A stretch of DNA of 64,000 nt, from positions 236,716,001 through 236,780,000 of the forward strand of contig NW_027362763.1 in the NCBI RefSeq assembly GCF_046119375.1, read 5' to 3'. The notes under the pieces are model-generated. The model was not told where the DNA came from. It did no database searches and was given only the letters and a program-made list of their open reading frames with translations. Shown one piece after another: positions 61,001-64,000 of this stretch (the first letter of the stretch is position 1; each line of letters begins with the position of its first letter). The position numbers were made by a program, and so were the translations under genes. Source of the DNA: Phyllobates terribilis. Lineage: Eukaryota.

Positions 61001-64000
61001 GCCTTCTAGCTGTGTGTGGGACTTATTCTATTAGTCCATCTATACTGACCTCCATCAGGTTGCAAACTGAATATAATTTGTTTCTGCATCTAGCTCTGAA
61101 AAAATATTTGGCCTTCTAGCAGTGTGTGGGACTTTCTCTATTAGTCCATCTATACTGACCTCCATCAGGTTGCAAATTAAAAATAATTTATATCTGCATC
61201 TAGCTCTGAAAAAATATTTGGCCTTCTAGCAGTGTGTGGGACTTTCTCTATTAGTCCATCTATACTGACCTCCATCAGGATGCAAATTAAAAATAATTTT
61301 TTGTCTGCATCTAGCTCTGAAAAAATATTTGGCCTTCTAGCAGTGTGTGGGACTTTCTCTATTAGTCCATCTATACTGACCTCCATCAGGTTGCAAACTG
61401 AATATATTTTTTTTCTGCATCTACCTCTGAAAAAATATTTGGGCTTCTAGCTGTGTGTAGGACTTGTTCTATTAGTCCATCTATACTGACCTCCATCAGG
61501 TTGCAAACTGAATACAATTTTTTTCTGCATCTACCTCTGAAAAAATATTGGGCTTCTAGCTGTGTGTGGGACTTGTTCTATTAATCCATCTATACATACC
61601 TCCATCAGGTTGCAAACTGAATATAATTTTTATCTGCATCTACCTCTGAAAAAATATTTGGGTGTCTAGCTGTGTGTGGGACTTGTTCTATTAGTCCATC
61701 TATACTGACCTCCATCAGGTTGCAAACTGAATATAATTTTTTTCTGCATCTAGCTCTGAAAAAATATTTGGCCTTCTAGCAGTGTGTGGGACTTTCTCTA
61801 TTAGTCCATCTATACTGACCTCCATCAGGTTGCAAATTAAAAATAATTTATATCTGCACCTAGCTCTGAAAAAATATTTGGCCTTCTAGCAGTGTGTGGG
61901 ACTTTCTCTATTAGTCCATCTATACTGACCTCCATCAGGTTGCAAATTCAAAATAATTTTTTGTCTGCATCTAGCTCTGAAAAAATATTTGGCCTTCTAG
62001 CAGTGTGTGGGACTTTCTCTATTAGTCCATCTATACTGACCTCCATCAGGCTGCAAATTAAAAATAATTTTTATCTGCATCTACCTCTGAAAAAATATTT
62101 GGCCTTCTAGCTGTGTGTGGGACTTATTCTATTAGTCCATCTATACTGACCTCCATCAGGTTGCAAACTGAATATAATTTTTTTCTGCATCTAGCTCTGA
62201 AAAAATATTTGGCCTTCTAGCAGTGTGTGGGACTTTGTCTATTAGTCCATCTATACTGACCTCCATCAGGTTGCAAATTAAAAATAATTTATATCTGCAT
62301 CTAGCTCTGAAAAAATATTTGGCCTTCTAGCAGGGTGTGGGACTTTCTCTATTAGTCCATCTATACTGACCTCCATCAGGTTGCAAATTCAAAATAATTT
62401 TTTGTCTGCATCTAGCTCTGAAAAAATATTTGGCCTTCTAGCAGTGTGTGGGACTTTCTCTATTAGTCCATCTATACTGACCTCCATCAGGCTGCAAATT
62501 AAAAATAATTTTTATCTGCATCTACCTCTGAAAAAATATTTGGCCTTCTAGCTGTGTGTGGGACTTATTCTATTAGTCCATCTATACTGACCTCCATCAG
62601 GTTGCAAACTGAATATAATTTGTTTCTGCATCTAGCTCTGAAAAAATATTTGGCCTTCTAGCAGTGTGTGGGACTTTCTCTATTAGTCCATCTATACTGA
62701 CCTCCATCAGGTTGCAAATTAAAAATAATTTATATCTGCATCTAGCTCTGAAAAAATATTTGGCCTTCTAGCAGTGTGTGGGACTTTCTCTATTAGTCCA
62801 TCTATACTGACCTCCATCAGGATGCAAATTAAAAATAATTTTTTGTCTGCATCTAGCTCTGAAAAAATATTTGGCCTTCTAGCAGTGTGTGGGACTTTCT
62901 CTATTAGTCCATCTATACTGACCTCCATCAGGTTGCAAACTGAATATATTTTTTTTCTGCATCTACCTCTGAAAAAATATTTGGGCTTCTAGCTGTGTGT
63001 AGGACTTGTTCTATTAGTCCATCTATACTGACCTCCATCAGGTTGCAAACTGAATACAATTTTTTTCTGCATCTACCTCTGAAAAAATATTGGGCTTCTA
63101 GCTGTGTGTGGGACTTGTTCTATTAATCCATCTATACAGACCTCCATCAGGTTGCAAACTGAATATAATTTTTATCTGCATCTACCTCTGAAAAAATATT
63201 TGGGCGTCTAGCTGTGTGTGGGACTTGTTCTATTAGTCCATCTATACTGACCTCCATCAGGTTGCAAACTGAATATAATTTTTTTCTGCATCTAGCTCTG
63301 AAAAAATATTTGGCCTTCTAGCAGTGTGTGGGACTTTCTCTATTAGTCCATCTATACTGACCTCCATCAGGTTGCAAATTAAAAATAATTTATATCTGCA
63401 CCTAGCTCTGAAAAAATATTTGGCCTTCTAGCAGTGTGTGGGACTTTCTCTATTAGTCCATCTATACTGACCTCCATCAGGTTGCAAATTAAAAATAATT
63501 TTTTGTCCACATCTAGCTCTGAAAAAATATTTGGCCTTCTAGCAGTGTGTGGGACTTTCTCTATTAGTCCATCTATACTGACCTCCATCAGGTTGCAAAT
63601 TCAAAATAATTTTTTGTCTGCATCTAGCTCTGAAAAAATATTTGGCCTTCTAGCAGTGTGTGGGACTTTCTCTATTAGTCCATCTATACTGACCTCCATC
63701 AGGCTGCAAATTAAAAATAATTTTTATCTGCATCTACCTCTGAAAAAATATTTGGCCTTCTAGCTGTGTGTGGGACTTATTCTATTAGTCCATCTATACT
63801 GACCTCCATCAGGTTGCAAACTGAATATAATTTGTTTCTGCATCTAGCTCTGAAAAAATATTTGGCCTTCTAGCAGTGTGTGGGACTTTCTCTATTAGTC
63901 CATCTATACTGACCTCCATCAGGTTGCAAATTAAAAATAATTTATATCTGCATCTAGCTCTGAAAAAATATTTGGCCTTCTAGCAGTGTGTGGGACTTTC
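52071..64000 (-). mobile_element. hAT transposon copy 2 (terminal part only; runs off the window)
   Basis: 52071-52987 is nearly identical to 3565-4482, starting at the same TIR TAGAGATGAGCG, but the left flank differs (ATAGCGAG). Confidence 0.95.
52987..64000. repeat. Expanded 110-111 bp tandem array (about 100 units in the window) with higher-order repeats
   Basis: Same unit as 4482-7180. Identical ORF-track hits recur at 880-bp spacing (54130, 55010, 55890) and at larger offsets. Confidence 0.98.

Noticed and set aside
52987-64000. CRISPR-like array, or a repetitive protein (the many SASSSEKIFGLLAVCGTF and MEVSIDGLIEK ORFs)
   Set aside because: Units are head-to-tail with no unique spacers and there are no cas genes. 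The ORFs arise from 111-bp units that happen to be open, and they break at 110-bp units.

Overview
Eukaryotic, almost entirely transposon-derived DNA. The repeat families and AT content suggest a vertebrate, most likely a frog (inference; no host gene is identified). Bases 1-27340 read as a nested stack. A Penelope-like element holds an old minus-strand Gypsy (LTRs 1-445 and 25043-26139). That Gypsy holds a BEL/Pao element, which holds a 16.8-kb hAT transposon (3565-20397, perfect 8-bp TSD GTTGTATG). The hAT in turn holds a young, apparently intact chromodomain Gypsy (11772-17207, TSD TGTGT), a solo LTR, an Ngaro-type tyrosine-recombinase fragment, a TTAA MITE and a 110-bp tandem array. Bases 27.4-52 kb hold a near full-length CR1 LINE, a decayed Tc1, piggyBac-like and hAT non-autonomous elements, L2 fragments, a V-SINE-like element, a second solo LTR, a telomere-like minisatellite and three weak candidate host exons. 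From 52071 a second copy of the same hAT begins, and its 110-bp array is expanded to over 11 kb with higher-order structure. The most notable signals are: (1) the young Gypsy has no tRNA PBS but a site complementary to its own LTR, as in Tf1/sushi self-priming; (2) a satellite is growing out of a hAT subterminal repeat; (3) two solo LTRs carry internal tRNA-Ser PBS-like motifs. All alignments and counts were done by eye.
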